In this document: positions 14,755 to 27,530 of the stretch, one piece after another
Layout of the letters: each line of letters starts with the position of its first letter
Position numbering within the stretch: position 1 is the stretch's first letter
The notes under the pieces: generated by a model
Seen by the model: only the letters and a program-made list of their open reading frames with translations
Told to the model about the DNA's origin: nothing
Databases searched by the model: none
Assembly (NCBI GenBank): GCA_964016885.1
Contig: OZ024754.1
Coordinates: 28,272,001 to 28,336,000 of the forward strand
From: Eledone cirrhosa
Lineage: Eukaryota
Length of the DNA stretch: 64,000 nt
Reading direction: 5' to 3'
Position numbers and translations under genes: made by a program

Positions 14755-15152
14755 TATATCTAGGGCGGGTAAAATTCCCGAGATCCATGGACGAGTTCTC
14801 TCCAGCGGTCTCTGTCCCTCATTATCGCTGCCTTGTCCTGCATCTCCAACAGACCAGTGTCTGTCCTTAGGGCATCAACATACGTTAACCTTGGTCTTCC
14901 TCTTCCAGTGTGTCCATGTAGGGATTCCCACAGGAGCACTGAGTGCAATATCAACTCTGGATGTCGGTGAGCATGTCCAACTAACCTCAGTCTCCTCTGT
15001 GTCACTTTTGAGCTGACTTTTGGGAGGCTCTCATACAGCTCTGAGTATTTCATCCTCAGTGCATACTGATTAATGTTCAGAGCCATCCTCAGTATTCTCG
15101 TGTAGCACCCATCCACCATCTGAGTGAGTTTCTTGGTCAGTGTCCAAGTCTC
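14755..15152 (-). mobile_element. RTE-clade LINE 3' fragment, third family
   Basis: DGCYTRILRMALNI...RRLRLVGHAHRH...GRGRPRLTYVDAL, a typical RTE C-terminus. Confidence 0.8.
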
Positions 15153-15694
15153 AGATTATGTATATATTGTATAATATATACATAATAGGTAGCTACAGTA
15201 TGTACTTTAAATAGCATACTGTTATAATCAATCTGGTCTAAATATTAATTTGTAGAAGAGACTAAATTTAATGTCTTGGTTTAGACCAGGCATGGGCAAC
15301 TTTTTTGAGCAGCAGGCCACACTACTAAAAATTTCAAAACAATTTTGAAATTAGGAGTGCCATTCAGAATGCCAAACAGGCCCCATGTCCTACAAGACAA
15401 AAGTTTTTTTGTTTTTTTTCATTATAGAGTCTTATATGCCCTGTTATTATTAGGCTATTTTCTGTAGTAAAAGAAAATATGGCGACGTTACTAATTTAGA
15501 TCAATTTCCAAATCCTGCTGCCACTTTCTAATTATGTGATGTTTATTTTCAAGTATATATATATATGTATCTAAAACCTTCGATTATAATTTAATATATG
15601 AGCCTTTGTGATGTTCCAAACATCAGTTTAATTATGAGGCACTTATATGACTAAATCCTTCCAAATATTTGATTATATCAAAATGATTTGCAAA

Positions 15695-16215
15695 TGATTG
15701 GCAGGCTATCATTAGAAATATGGTAACAAAAAAGATAAATCTACTTTGCCTTTCATTCTTTTGGATTCTATAAACGAGAGTAGAAATCCAAGATGGTAGC
15801 TTGATAGAATTATTAGAGTGTCAGATAGAACTCAAAATGGAGGCTTGATAGAATTATTAGAGTCCAAGATGGTGGTGTGATAGAATTATTAGAGCGTCAG
15901 ATGTAGTAGAAATCCAAGATGTCTGATGACAGAATTATTAGAGCATCAGATGAGATGTTTTGTGGTATTTGTTATGGCTCTTTGCCCTCCCAATTTAAAT
16001 TCTCTTCAAGTCAGCTTTGACATTCATCATTTCAGAATCAATCCTGTCCAGAATGGTGGACTTGCAGGATTGTTAGAGTATCAGATGAGATGTCTTTACA
16101 GTGTCTGTCCTCACACTTTGTATTCTGAGTTCAATTGTTAGTGTATCAGACAAAATGTCTTTACAACGTTTGTCCCAGCTCTTTGCATTCTGAGTTCAAT
16201 TCCTGCTTTGGCCTA
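15695..16215 (+). repeat. Degenerate tandem repeats of a SINE 5' (tRNA-like) segment
   Basis: Recurring GATAGAATTATTAGAG(T/C)GTCAGAT units. Confidence 0.6.
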
Positions 16216-17621
16216 CTTGGGTGATAGATTTAATCACTAGCTCAGGTTTAACACCACCACCTGGCCTTTGGGGGGGTGCCTTTACCCCTTTAGCATTTAC
16301 ATTACTCTATATTTACTATTTTATTTTCGCAATAAAGGCTTTACCTCAGATAATTATCTCACATAATATCGAATCCATGAGATTTTGATATTATTTATTA
16401 TATTTATTTTGAGAACAAAACCTTAATGTTGGTATGAGCCAGCTGGATAAGTCCAGTTCCAATGTTAAAGGGTTAACAGAGTCAACTATGTTGCAGGCAT
16501 TTGGGTGAGGTCTCTGGTTTAAAGAGCCCTTCTTGCCTCTTTCCAGACTCCTGCATGAAGTATTATTTAGCCCCGAGTCAACCCTGATAGAACGATCTTA
16601 TTATTGTAGTTCTATATAGCTGCTTTTCACTTTCTTTAAGACAGTGTGGTGTATTTTGAGGGTGATTTGACTCATGTTTCTTGCAGTTTCAGTGACAACA
16701 TTCAGGTTTTTGTGCATTTAAAGTATTAGAGAATGAACATCAAGTTTAGTTTCATTAAATATCATTTGAGGTGTGACCCAGAATATTTTATGCATTCATG
16801 CAAAACTGACTCAGTGATTTATTTTTATGATTCATGTGTATATCATAATCATCATCATCATTTCATTTTACGTCCGCTTTTTCCCTGCTTGCAAGGGTGG
16901 GACGGGAACTGATTCTGGCTTGATTTCTACAGCTGGATGCCCTTCCTAACACCAACCTCATTTACAGTGAGTGCTGGGTGCTTTTTTGCTGTGGCACCTA
17001 CACGTCCACTTTGCAGTGGAGTGATATGGACCCCAGTCCCTATCATCTCATTTCTACAGCTGAGTAAACTGGAGCAATGTGAAATAAAGTGTCTTGCTCA
17101 AGGAAACAAGACATCACCTGGTCTGAGAATTGAACTCACAATCTTTCGATTGCAAGGCCAATGCTCTAACCACTATATATCTATGTATAGCTCCATTACC
17201 CCCCCCTCTTTCTCCATATATATATAGTCGTCGAAACGGCTTGAGCTCTGCCGTCGGGGTCATACTTTTTCCTATTTCCAACTCTACTACCCTAAGTATT
17301 GAGTACTCTGGTGCGTTATGGTCCATCTGGTTCCTTACCACAATTCCTTTGTTATATATATATATATATATATATATGCATCATCATCATCACTATTTAA
17401 CATTTATTTTCCATGCTTGCATGTGTATTAGACAGGTTGTCACGTTCTGAAGACAGTCAGGTGACCAAATCTTGTTCATACGTTTCATTTTTAGCTTCGT
17501 TTTCTATGACTGGATGCCCTTGTCAATGCTAAACCATTTTTACAACATGTACTGAGAGTATTTTTTGTGGCACTATCACCTTACAGAGTTGACTGGGTGC
17601 TATATTTTATCACACCACCAC

Positions 17622-17660
<39 letters not shown>

Positions 17661-17943
17661 AGATATATATATACGTAGCCGATCTCCTGGACATTTATGA
17701 AGCACTGAGGGGATAAATTTAATATAGAGAGTGGTGTGATCATGCACAGAGATACTATGAAAATAGCTTATAAAATAGGGTGAAGACCCTTAAAGATGGA
17801 AAAAGAAGTTGCCATCGGCCACTGCAAGGAATCAAACTCTCTATCTCCCAGGTTCTGGTTAACCATCTTTAAGGGTCTTTGCCCTATTTTATAAGCTATT
17901 TTTATAGCAACTCTGCGCACAAGCACACCATATTTTATATTAA

Positions 17944-18161
17944 CCCTTTAGTATTTAAACCGGCTGTATCCAGCCATAATTTTCTCACCTTTTTCTGTTC
18001 AAACTGGCTGTAACTAGCCACTCATACTGATGTTAACTAATTGTTCTCAAAATAAATAGCAAAATCTCATAGATTCGTTATTGTGTTGGATAATTATGTG
18101 AGATAAAGCTTTTACTGCGAAAATACAATAGTAAATATAGAGTAATGTAAATGCTAATGGG
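17944..18161. mobile_element. piggyBac-type MITE (~220 bp)
   Basis: TTAA|CCCTTTAGTATTTA...TAAATGCTAATGGG|TTAA; related copies at ~16285-16472, ~37660-37870 (partial), 41534-41741, 43520-43735 and 60445-60645. Confidence 0.85.
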
Positions 18162-18842
18162 TTAAATATATATATATGTATATATATATATACACACGCA
18201 CACGCACAGTCATGGCTGTCTGGTTAAGGAGTTCACTTCACAACTATGCAGCTTCTTCATGGTTTCCACACTTAGCAACTTTCATTCACAAAGTATTGTT
18301 CAACCTAAGGGCTGTAGTAGTAGACACTCACCCAAGGTTCTATGCAGTAGAAGTGCACTGAAAATCCCATGATTATGAAGTGAATTCCTTAACCACACAC
18401 CCATGTTTATACATATTATACTCATAAAAAAAAATCTTTTATTTATTTATTAATTACTCACTTGAGTTTATTGTATAATAATGGGTTTTGGCAATTAGAT
18501 GGGATAGATTTACAATTGGGGAATTGTAAGTAATTTATTTCTGTAATTACCTGACTAACGAGTCACACACAACTGACTGGGTTAGTAGGCTCTTGATTTA
18601 ATACCAGAGACTTTATGGTTTCTATCCTGTCAGCAGTTTCTGTCCTGTCAGTATGGTTTCTATCCTGTTTGTGGCTTACAATCATAGTATGTAACCACTG
18701 AACTAGCTCAGTCCATCGAGCTGTTCTATATACATACGTATATACATACAATTCCAAAGAAGAGTTTTAATATTTCTTTTATTAAGGCTAAATGGTGAGT
18801 CTTGCTACTCTGGAGTTTCACCTGTTTATCAAAGGATATTAA

Positions 18843-18902
<60 letters not shown>

Positions 18903-19061
18903 AAAAAAGATGAAATCAAAAATGCAACTGGAGTCTTTTTTAAAAAAAGACTCCAGTTGCATTTTCGATTTCATCTTTTTTCCTTATACTTTCAATCTTG
19001 TAGGACACCTCCGTTATTTTTATTTTGTAAAAAAACCTCACTTTCTAATAAATATATATAT

Positions 19062-20043
19062 CATCATCAACGTTTAACGTCCGTGTTCCACGCTTGCATG
19101 GGTTTGGACGGGGGTAGTCCCACTTGAGGCAAGAGTGGTTGTCTTGCTCGCATAGGACTGTCTGGCAGGTTTTCTACAGTTGGATGCCCTTCCTAACACC
19201 AACCACATTTACAGTGTGGGTCTGGGAGGTTTTTACCGTGTTGCCTACACGGCCACATTACAGCGTGGACTGTGTGTTTTTTTGTCGTGACACCTACACG
19301 ATCTCATTTGTTTCGGCCTGGATGGTGTGGCACCAACATAACTTTACATAGAACGGGGTGGTGTGGATGGGGTGGGGGTGGTGGTGGTGGGACGGGGGGG
19401 GGGGGTATTTTGTTAGAGATGCCTACTGGCTGTAGTAGGTTTTACTATGTATTTAGGTAAGGCGGGTCTTCTCTGTTACTGAGTACCGCCAAAAGTCTCG
19501 GTCCAGTGACATTGTCTTGGAGAGGTGTAAGTGTGTGAGGTCGGAGTTTATCAGCTCGTCCCAGGTTTTTCTAGGTCTGCCTATTCCGTGGCTACCGTCT
19601 ATCTTTATTGCCCTGCACTTTGTTATGCAGCTATCGACTTTCATGCGCATCACGTGTCCATACCAACGTAGCCTTCTCTCGAGTAAACAACATCTGATCC
19701 CTCTTATTTCTAATTTTTTCCTTAGTTCGTTTATGCTTTGCCGTTCACGTATATTACTGTTACACATCCAGCGGAGCATGCAAGCTTCGTTCCTCTCTAG
19801 TCTGCGTATATCCTCTGCACACAATGCCCAGGTCTCACTGCCATGCAACATTGCTGTTCGTATGCAGGCATCGTACAACCTGCCTTTCATTTTTAGGGAG
19901 AACCCTTTAGCAGCTAATAGTGGTATAAGCTCTCTGAACTTTTTCCAACCAGTTCTGACTCTAGCTACTGTACTTTCAGAGCACCCTCCCCACTGCTGAT
20001 TTTATCACCCAGGTAACGGAAACTGTTATAGCCTGAAGGGCAA
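19062..20043 (-). mobile_element. 5'-truncated RTE LINE, family A, with an internal deletion
   Basis: Near-identical to 29460-30410 ([21 protein letters not shown]...TEKTRLT). Confidence 0.92.
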
Positions 20044-20061
20044 TATATATATATATATGTG

Positions 20062-20315
20062 TGAAGGCGCATGGCTTAGTGGTTAAAGCATTGGGCTTGC
20101 AATCGAAAGGTTGTGAGTTCAATTCTCGGACCGGGTGATGTGATGTTTCCTTGAGCAAGACACTTTATATCACATTGCTCCAGTTTACTCAGCTGTAGAA
20201 ATGAGTACCGGCCTGCCCGCCCAGTGGGATGGCGTTATCTTATGGCTAAAACAGCACGACGTGCTGTGACCAGCGGCTCCGATTGGCGACAGACTGGTCG
20301 GTCAAGGTCAGTGAT
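20062..20315 (+). mobile_element. tRNA-derived SINE, family 2 (CORE/V-like central domain)
   Basis: Box A TGGCTTAGTGG, box B GAGTTCAATTC, then CCTTGAGCAAGACACTTTA...CAGCTGTAGAAATGAG; other copies at ~24890-25225 (+) and ~17050-17172 (-). Confidence 0.75.
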
Positions 20316-21254
20316 ATATATATATATATCATCATCATCATCATCGTTTAACGTCCATATTCCACGCTTGCATGGGTTTGGACGGGAGTTTTCCCACTTG
20401 AGGCAAGAGTGGTTGTCTTGCTCACATAGGACTGTCTGGCTGGTTTTCTACGGCTGGATGCCCTTCCTAACACCAACCACATTTACAGTGTGGACTGGGA
20501 GGTTTTTACCGTGTTACCTCCCAGTTCCACACTGTAAAATATATAACCTACAGTCAGTAAGCACCTCTTAATCAAATATACACCACCCTTCTCTGTACAG
20601 TTATGTTGGTACCACAACATCCAGTTCTAAATAAATGAGATCGTGTAGGTGTCACGACAAAAAAACAGTCCATGCTGTAATGTGGCAGTAAAAACCTCCC
20701 AGTCCACACTGTAAACGTGGTTGGTGTTAGGAAGGGCATCCAGCCATAGAAAACCCGCCAGACAGTCCTATACGAGAAAGACAACCAATCTTGCCTCAAG
20801 TGGGACAATTCCCATCTAAACCCATGGAAGATAGACGTTAAACGATGATGATGATGATGATGATCAGTGACTCCACTTCAATGCAACCCTTGATGACAGA
20901 GAAAGTGGGTTAAAACGACAATGATGATATATATGTGGCAACTTATAATCAAAGGTTAACAATTAGTTCTAACGTATTTCAATACTTATACCACATATAT
21001 ATATTTAGGTCACTCAGTTCACTAAATTAGTAATATGATGCACAAACTATGATCATAATCAGAAGGAACAAATATGATGTATATGATGTATAATAATCAG
21101 TATTAATTTTACAATGTCTTTTAAAACAATGAAATTAATATAACTATGCTGTGTTTAAAAAATACATTTATATTTACATATTCTATTATATATTTATCTC
21201 TTTCTCTCTCTCCATGTGTGTATGTATGTGTGTGTGTGTGTATGTGTGTGTGTA

Positions 21255-21478
21255 TACCGGGTTCAAACGAGGGTAACCACAGTAAGTAACGTACTCAATA
21301 CATAGCGTATATACAATATTTAATATAGAAATGGCTTCTACAGGACTAGAACTGATTCATTCGAAGGAAATCCTCAGGAAAGCCCTGATGATTTATAGCT
21401 AATAAAATAGCTTTTCTGATGATTTCCTTTGAATGAAACAGTTCTAGTCCTGTAGAAGCCATTTCTATATTAAATATT
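21255..21478. ncRNA. Penelope-like fold-back element carrying type I hammerhead ribozyme motifs (family H1, copy 1)
   Basis: Palindrome 21315-21478. + strand: CTGATGA(21416) tttcctttgaat GAAA CAG ttctagtc CTG TA gaagcc. The - strand arm has CTGAGGA...GAAT (core mutated). Confidence 0.6.
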
Positions 21479-21479
21479 A

Positions 21480-22262
21480 TAGAAGTTCCCCTGGGCAGCT
21501 GGTCTGTTATAGCCTGAAGGGCAATAATAAACAGGAGGGGCTAAGGACAGAGCACTGATGAACACCAACTTTTATGCTAAATTCTTCACTATATTCATTG
21601 TTAATTCTAACCTTTATACTGTTTCTTTATACATGGCTTGTATAGCTCTCACAAGCCATTCATCAACACCTAGTTATCGAAGAGCCCACCAGATAATGGA
21701 GTGGGGGACTCTGTCAAAGCTTTCTCCAAGTCAACAAAAACTAAGTATAGGGGTTTACTTTTAGCTAGGTACTGCTCCTGTAGTTGTCGTACAAGGAAAA
21801 GAGCATCTGTGGTACTTTTACCTGACATAAACCCAAACTGTATTTCATCTAGATCAATTCGCTCTCTGATTAGTTGCGCTATAACTCTTTCTGTGACCTT
21901 CATGACCTGGTCAATTAATTTAATGCCTCTATAGTTTCCCCTATCTAGGGCATCTCCTTTACCCTTATAGCAGTTAATGATGATGCTGCTACACCAGTCA
22001 TTTGCTATGACCCCATTCTATATGACTTGGTTTACTATCCGGCTGACCATAGTGTGTCCCACCGATCCAGATGCTTTCAGCATTTCAGCAACTATCTCCG
22101 AAGGCCCAGCTGCTTTGCCAGTCTTCATGTCTTTGATTGCCTTACTTATTATACTATCTTCAACTTGCACTGCTGGTCCCTCTATTGGATCGATTTGGGG
22201 CAGACTATCTTTTTCCTATTTATTCTCCTCATTTAGTAGCCTCTCGTAGTGACACTTCCCAG
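21480..22262 (-). mobile_element. Internal RTE RT fragment
   Basis: MKVTERVIAQLIRERIDLDEIQFGFMSGKSTTDALFLVRQLQE...FVDLEKA. Confidence 0.85.
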
Positions 22263-23859
22263 CTACCTTCTTATCAAGGGACCTGTGCACTTATGTATGG
22301 TCTCACATTCCAACGAGTGCTCAGGAGAGGTTGCCATGCCTTTGACAAAACTGAGTATACTGGGTGCATTTTATCGTAGCACCAACACTACCCTCTTTAT
22401 AGAGTAGGGTAAGTGCATTATATTCATTTGCGTCTGTATCTTTATATATAGTATTTGTTTGGGCTCTCTGCTCTCCCAAGTTCAAATCCTGCCTCCATCA
22501 GCAGATAGTATTAACAATGGAAAGACTAATAGAAATATAATTTCCTTCATTTGACTTTCCTTTCCTTTCCTTTTCTGTGATATTTTAATGCCAGTATATT
22601 TTTCTTATCAATAACTTTCGGCACAAGCCCAGCAATTATCTCAGTGTATTACTGGTACTTTATTTTATCGACCCCATAAAATAAAGTACCAGTAATACAC
22701 TGGGATAATTGCTGGCCTTGTGCCAAAAGTAGAAACAATTATTCTTTATTGGCAGAATCAGTAGAGCGTCAGACACCATGCTTCGCGGCATAGTTACGAT
22801 ACTTTACATTCTGATTTTAAATCCTGCTCAGGTTAGCTTTGCCTTTCATCCTTACGGGGGTCGATAAAATAAAGACCCAGTCTTGCACTGTGGTCGGTTT
22901 AATCGACTTTCCCCTATCTCAAAATTGCTGGCCTTGTGCCAAAAGTAGAAACCATTATTTTTCTGTTTCTACTCTAGAACTGGAACAACTGTATGACATA
23001 AAGCAACAACCAACCAATAAATGTTAAACATATTTAACATAGAAGTGAAAATCTGTTGTAGTCAGCAAATTAAATTGTATTATTTATTCATAAATTAAAC
23101 CAGCAGCTTGTAACATATTTTCTGTTATTTTTGTTATGTAATTAGTGTTTTGTTTTCTTTCCACTTGCCATTTTTATCACCATAGCTAGAATTATTCAAA
23201 CATGTGTTTGAACTGTGTTCGGTTTAATGTTTAGTTAAATTTCACACCGACATGGTTTGGGGTTCAGTCCTGCTGTGTGACACCTTGGCTAAATGTCTTT
23301 TACTATAAGCTAAGGCTGACCAGTACTTTGTGAATGAAACTTGGTACTCTTGGGTCCCAAATAATAGGGGGTGGGGTTGGAAAATTGGTAATTAGTTGTT
23401 TAGTTAGTTTACATATTGAGACCCAACTCATTCTATTTGTTTTATAATGTATGGGATTTCTTGTAATGTACTTTTTTTGCCATATATGTTTTTTAAAGAA
23501 AATTAATTGCCAAAGATGGATTAGCAAAATTTAATTAGCGGGGATGTGGGTGGGAGTTGGAAAAAATCTGAAAAATTGAGAATTGGGGGCGATTATTCAA
23601 GACCCGAGAATAGATGAAAATTGTTTGTATGCTAGTCATGTATATCCATTATTATATTGTAAAATATAAGGGCGATGGATTGGCAGTATCGGTAGAGGGT
23701 TAGACGCCATGCTTTGCAGCATAGAGTTACGGCCCTTTATGGTCTGAGTTCAAATCCCGCTGAGGTTAACTTTGCCTTTCATCCTTACGGGGTCGATAAA
23801 ATAAAGTACCAGTAATACACTGGGATAATTGCTGGCCTTGTGCCAGAAGTAGAAATAAT

Positions 23860-24420
23860 TATATTGTTAAATATCAAGTGTCTTAGTAATATTTTGGGTT
23901 CATATCATGAAATACATACTTTGATGAAAACGAGTACCAACCAGTGGGTAGTCTTGTGCTCTCAGCCGCTTCATGCCATGGAAACCAGGATAAGCACTGG
24001 CCTGATGAGCCACTTGTTTTAATATTTTGAAATACCAAGTTTAGGGGTTGTTTTAGTCTCTCAGTAATATTTGGGGTTGATATGAAATACCAAGGGGTTC
24101 TTTATGTCCCTCTCAGTAATATTTGGTGTTAAACCCATGCTAGCGTGGAAGATAGACGTTAAACGATGATGATGATGATAATACCATATAATACCAAGTT
24201 TAGAATTTCTTTATGTCTCAGTAATATTTGGTGTTTATATAATGAAATACCAAGTTTAAGGGTTCATGCCCCTCAACAATATTTGGGATTCATACCATGA
24301 AATACCAAATTTAGGGTATTTTTATGTCCCTCAGCAAATTTGGGGTTCATATGATGAAATACCAAGTTTAGGGGTTCTTTAAGTCTCTCTCAGTAATATT
24401 TGATGTTAATATCATGAAAC
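23860..24420 (+). repeat. Degenerate ~58-bp tandem repeat with SINE fragments inserted
   Basis: Recurring GAAATACCAAGTTTAGGG...CTCAGTAATATTTGG. Confidence 0.75.
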
Positions 24421-25541
24421 AATGTTGGGAACCACAGTATTAACTAATTAAATGCAATATATGACCCACCTAAAATATTTCTCAACTATTGTGATTTACT
24501 ATACACATTCTAGTTGATGTTGATATTTTAACCCATAAACTCATATTCTCGACTGGCACAATGCCTATCTCTTATATTTATATATCACATTTTTATATTG
24601 CATAGTCTTTGTTGCTTATTTTTCTGTTTGTTTGTGTGTGTAATTTTTGTTGTATGAATACTCAAATAATATATTGACTCTTGGTGGGTGTAAGGCCTAT
24701 TTTCTTAATAGTGTGGGGTGAGATTTTAGTTCAGTGATTCTCAAACAGGATGCACTTGACTCCCAGACAAGGAATTTAAAATCTCTGGGGTGGAATTTTA
24801 GCCAAAAGAGGAACTGGGAGGAATGTTAGTCAGGGGATTAATCCAAACAGAGAAAGAATAATTTACATTGTGTATATATCAACTAGTAGTGAAAGTGCAT
24901 TGCTTAATGGTTAGAGCATTGGACTTGCAATCAAGAGGTTATGGGTTCAATTCTCAGACCGGATGTGACCTTGATCAAGACACTTTATTTCGTGTTGCTC
25001 CACTTTACTCAGGGGTAGAAATGAGTTGCGATGTCACTGGTGCCAAGTTGTATCGGCCTTAGCTTTTCATTTGGACAACATTGGTGGCATGGAGAGGGGA
25101 AACTGGTATGCATGGGTGACTGCTGGTCTTCCACAAACACCATTGCCTGGACTTGTGCCTCGGAGGGGGACTTTCTAGGTGTAAATCCCATGGTCATTTG
25201 TGACAAAAGGCAGTATTTACCCTATATCAACTGAAATACCAATAGATCATCTTATATTGTATATATATACTGGAATATCAATATATCTAATCATAAGGGT
25301 GATCTTGAATTAAATTCATCATCATTGTTTAACGTCTATCTTCCACACTAGCATGGGTTAGACGGGTTTGTCCCATTTAGAGTCTAGTTGGGTCAGGTGC
25401 TCGTGTCTCGCTCATATAGGACTGTTTCTGGCTGGCTTCTATGGCTGGATGCCCTTCCTAACGCCAACCACATTTATCATGACACCTACACGACCACTTT
25501 ACAGTGTGGGCTGGATGTTTTGTGGTATCAACATAATATAT

Positions 25542-26545
25542 ATCATCATTTTACATCCGCTTTTCCCTGCTGGCAAGGGTGGGACAAATCCTCTTCAGCA
25601 CAGGATCTCTCTATTTGTCACAGTCCTATTTGTCACACTCATCATCTCTGTCAGCTTCAGTGATCTGAGGTCAGCTCTCATCACCTCTGCCCATGTTCTT
25701 CGTGGTCTTCCTCTACTGAGTTTTCCTTCCACCGGGATTTCTTGGCACTTCTTCACCCAATGGTCATCTTCCATGCACATCACATGGCCATACAACACAG
25801 TCTTCCCGCCCGCACACTACAGTTTATCCCTCTTATACGCAGTTTCACTCCCAACTCGTCTAATGCTTGGTCATTCATGCACATTGACATTGCACATCCA
25901 TCGGAGCATGCTTGCTTCATTTCTCTCCAGCTATCGCATATCCTCCGCTGTTGCTGCCCATGTCCCACTACCATGCAGCATCGCACATCTCTCACAGGCA
26001 TCATATAACCGGCCTTTTGTTCGTAGGGAGAAACCCTTCTTTGTCCATAGAAGAAGCAACTCCCTAAACTTCTTCCAACCCGTCCTTATTCTAGATATTA
26101 TGGCCTTGGAACACCCCTCCCATGATAATCTGATCACCTAGGTACTGGAAGCTATCAACCACTTCTATAGAACCCACCTGCATTGGAAAAATGTGTCTAT
26201 CACTGCGATTACTACTATCAATTTTCCCTGAACATCTACCACAAATGAAGTTTTCCCTTCCTGTTAGTTTGCCTGCTATCCCACTACAGATCTTGTGTAC
26301 CCAAGATCTTCATTGTGTACATTCTATAGAATTTTTACCAACTCCTTTTCTACATATCGAACATGGCCATTTCCCTGATGAAATCAGGGTTTTGTCCTCT
26401 TTCTAACTTATTAACACTTTAGTCTTTGCTAGGTTCACTCTCAGTCCTCTTGATTCCAACTGCTGTTTCCATAGCTAAAATTTATTTTCAAGCTCTACTA
26501 ATTCTGCTATAAGAACCAGATCGTCAGCATAGAGAAGTTGCTTGG
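25542..26545 (-). mobile_element. 5'-truncated RTE LINE, family B
   Basis: [14 protein letters not shown]...[16 protein letters not shown]; homologous to 31956-32930. Confidence 0.9.
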
Positions 26546-27172
26546 AGAGCTATAATGATATACATATACATATTTGCACGTATATACATATACCATAGAT
26601 TATTATTATTATTTTAAACTCCAGGCTTTGTCCAACCCTATGGAAACATGCACAATTACTCTAACACATAATATACTTATTTAAAAACGTTTCTTCTGTC
26701 AATAAGCCAAGTAGAGATATTAGAAATACAGAAGAAAGTAATTTGCTAAAAATATTTAAAAACAAATAGCAACATATTATACAATTTGGAAAGTCATGCT
26801 GTTGACCCAGTTTCTTTTGTGTTCAGCATAGGAGTTTGTGAAGTTGTAGAAGATTTCATATGTTTATTGTTGGACTTGAACGAAAAAATATTTTTATTCA
26901 AGGAGGGAAGGGCAGTACCCAAGACTGATTTCAGGATCCTATGAGACTGATGGGAAAGAGGAAAGTTACCTCAAACTTGGCCCGAAATGCTGCTAAATAC
27001 ATACTGTTTAATGATGGAGGTTGTAATGTTGTATTAATGTATAATAGAGTAAGCATTATTTGTACTTATCTTATATGATCAGTGCTTTTTTTTTTCTTTT
27101 TGGAATCTCTAGACTAAATTACTTAAGCATTTATATGCTTATGTATAACCTACATGATGATATATATATATG

Positions 27173-27223
<51 letters not shown>

Positions 27224-27226
<3 letters not shown>

Positions 27227-27530
27227 AAAATGCGAAATAGTTGCAGATGTTAAAGTTCTTTATTGATAAGGCTGTGGTACATATTTCCATGACAGTCGCC
27301 ACGCGAATCCGCCTAACCAGTGCCATGATCTCATCAGACAGCTTCTTACATAAGGTTACGTTCTCAAGGCAATCCAAATTAAAACGAGAATGTAATCTTA
27401 TGTAAGAAGCTGTCTGATGGGTTCATGGCACTGGTTAGGCGGAATCGCGTGGCCACTGTTGTCATTGAAATATGTATCACAGCTTTATCAATAAAGGATT
27501 TTAACATCTGCAACCACTTTGCATTTTCTT
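27224..27530. ncRNA. Penelope-like fold-back element with minimal type I hammerhead motifs on both strands (family H2)
   Basis: ~140-bp arms. + strand: gctgt CTGATGG(27414)...GAAA(27467) tatgta TC acagc...AATAAA. - strand: gctgt CTGATGA(27337-27331)...GAAA tatgta CC acagc...AATAAA. Confidence 0.6.
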
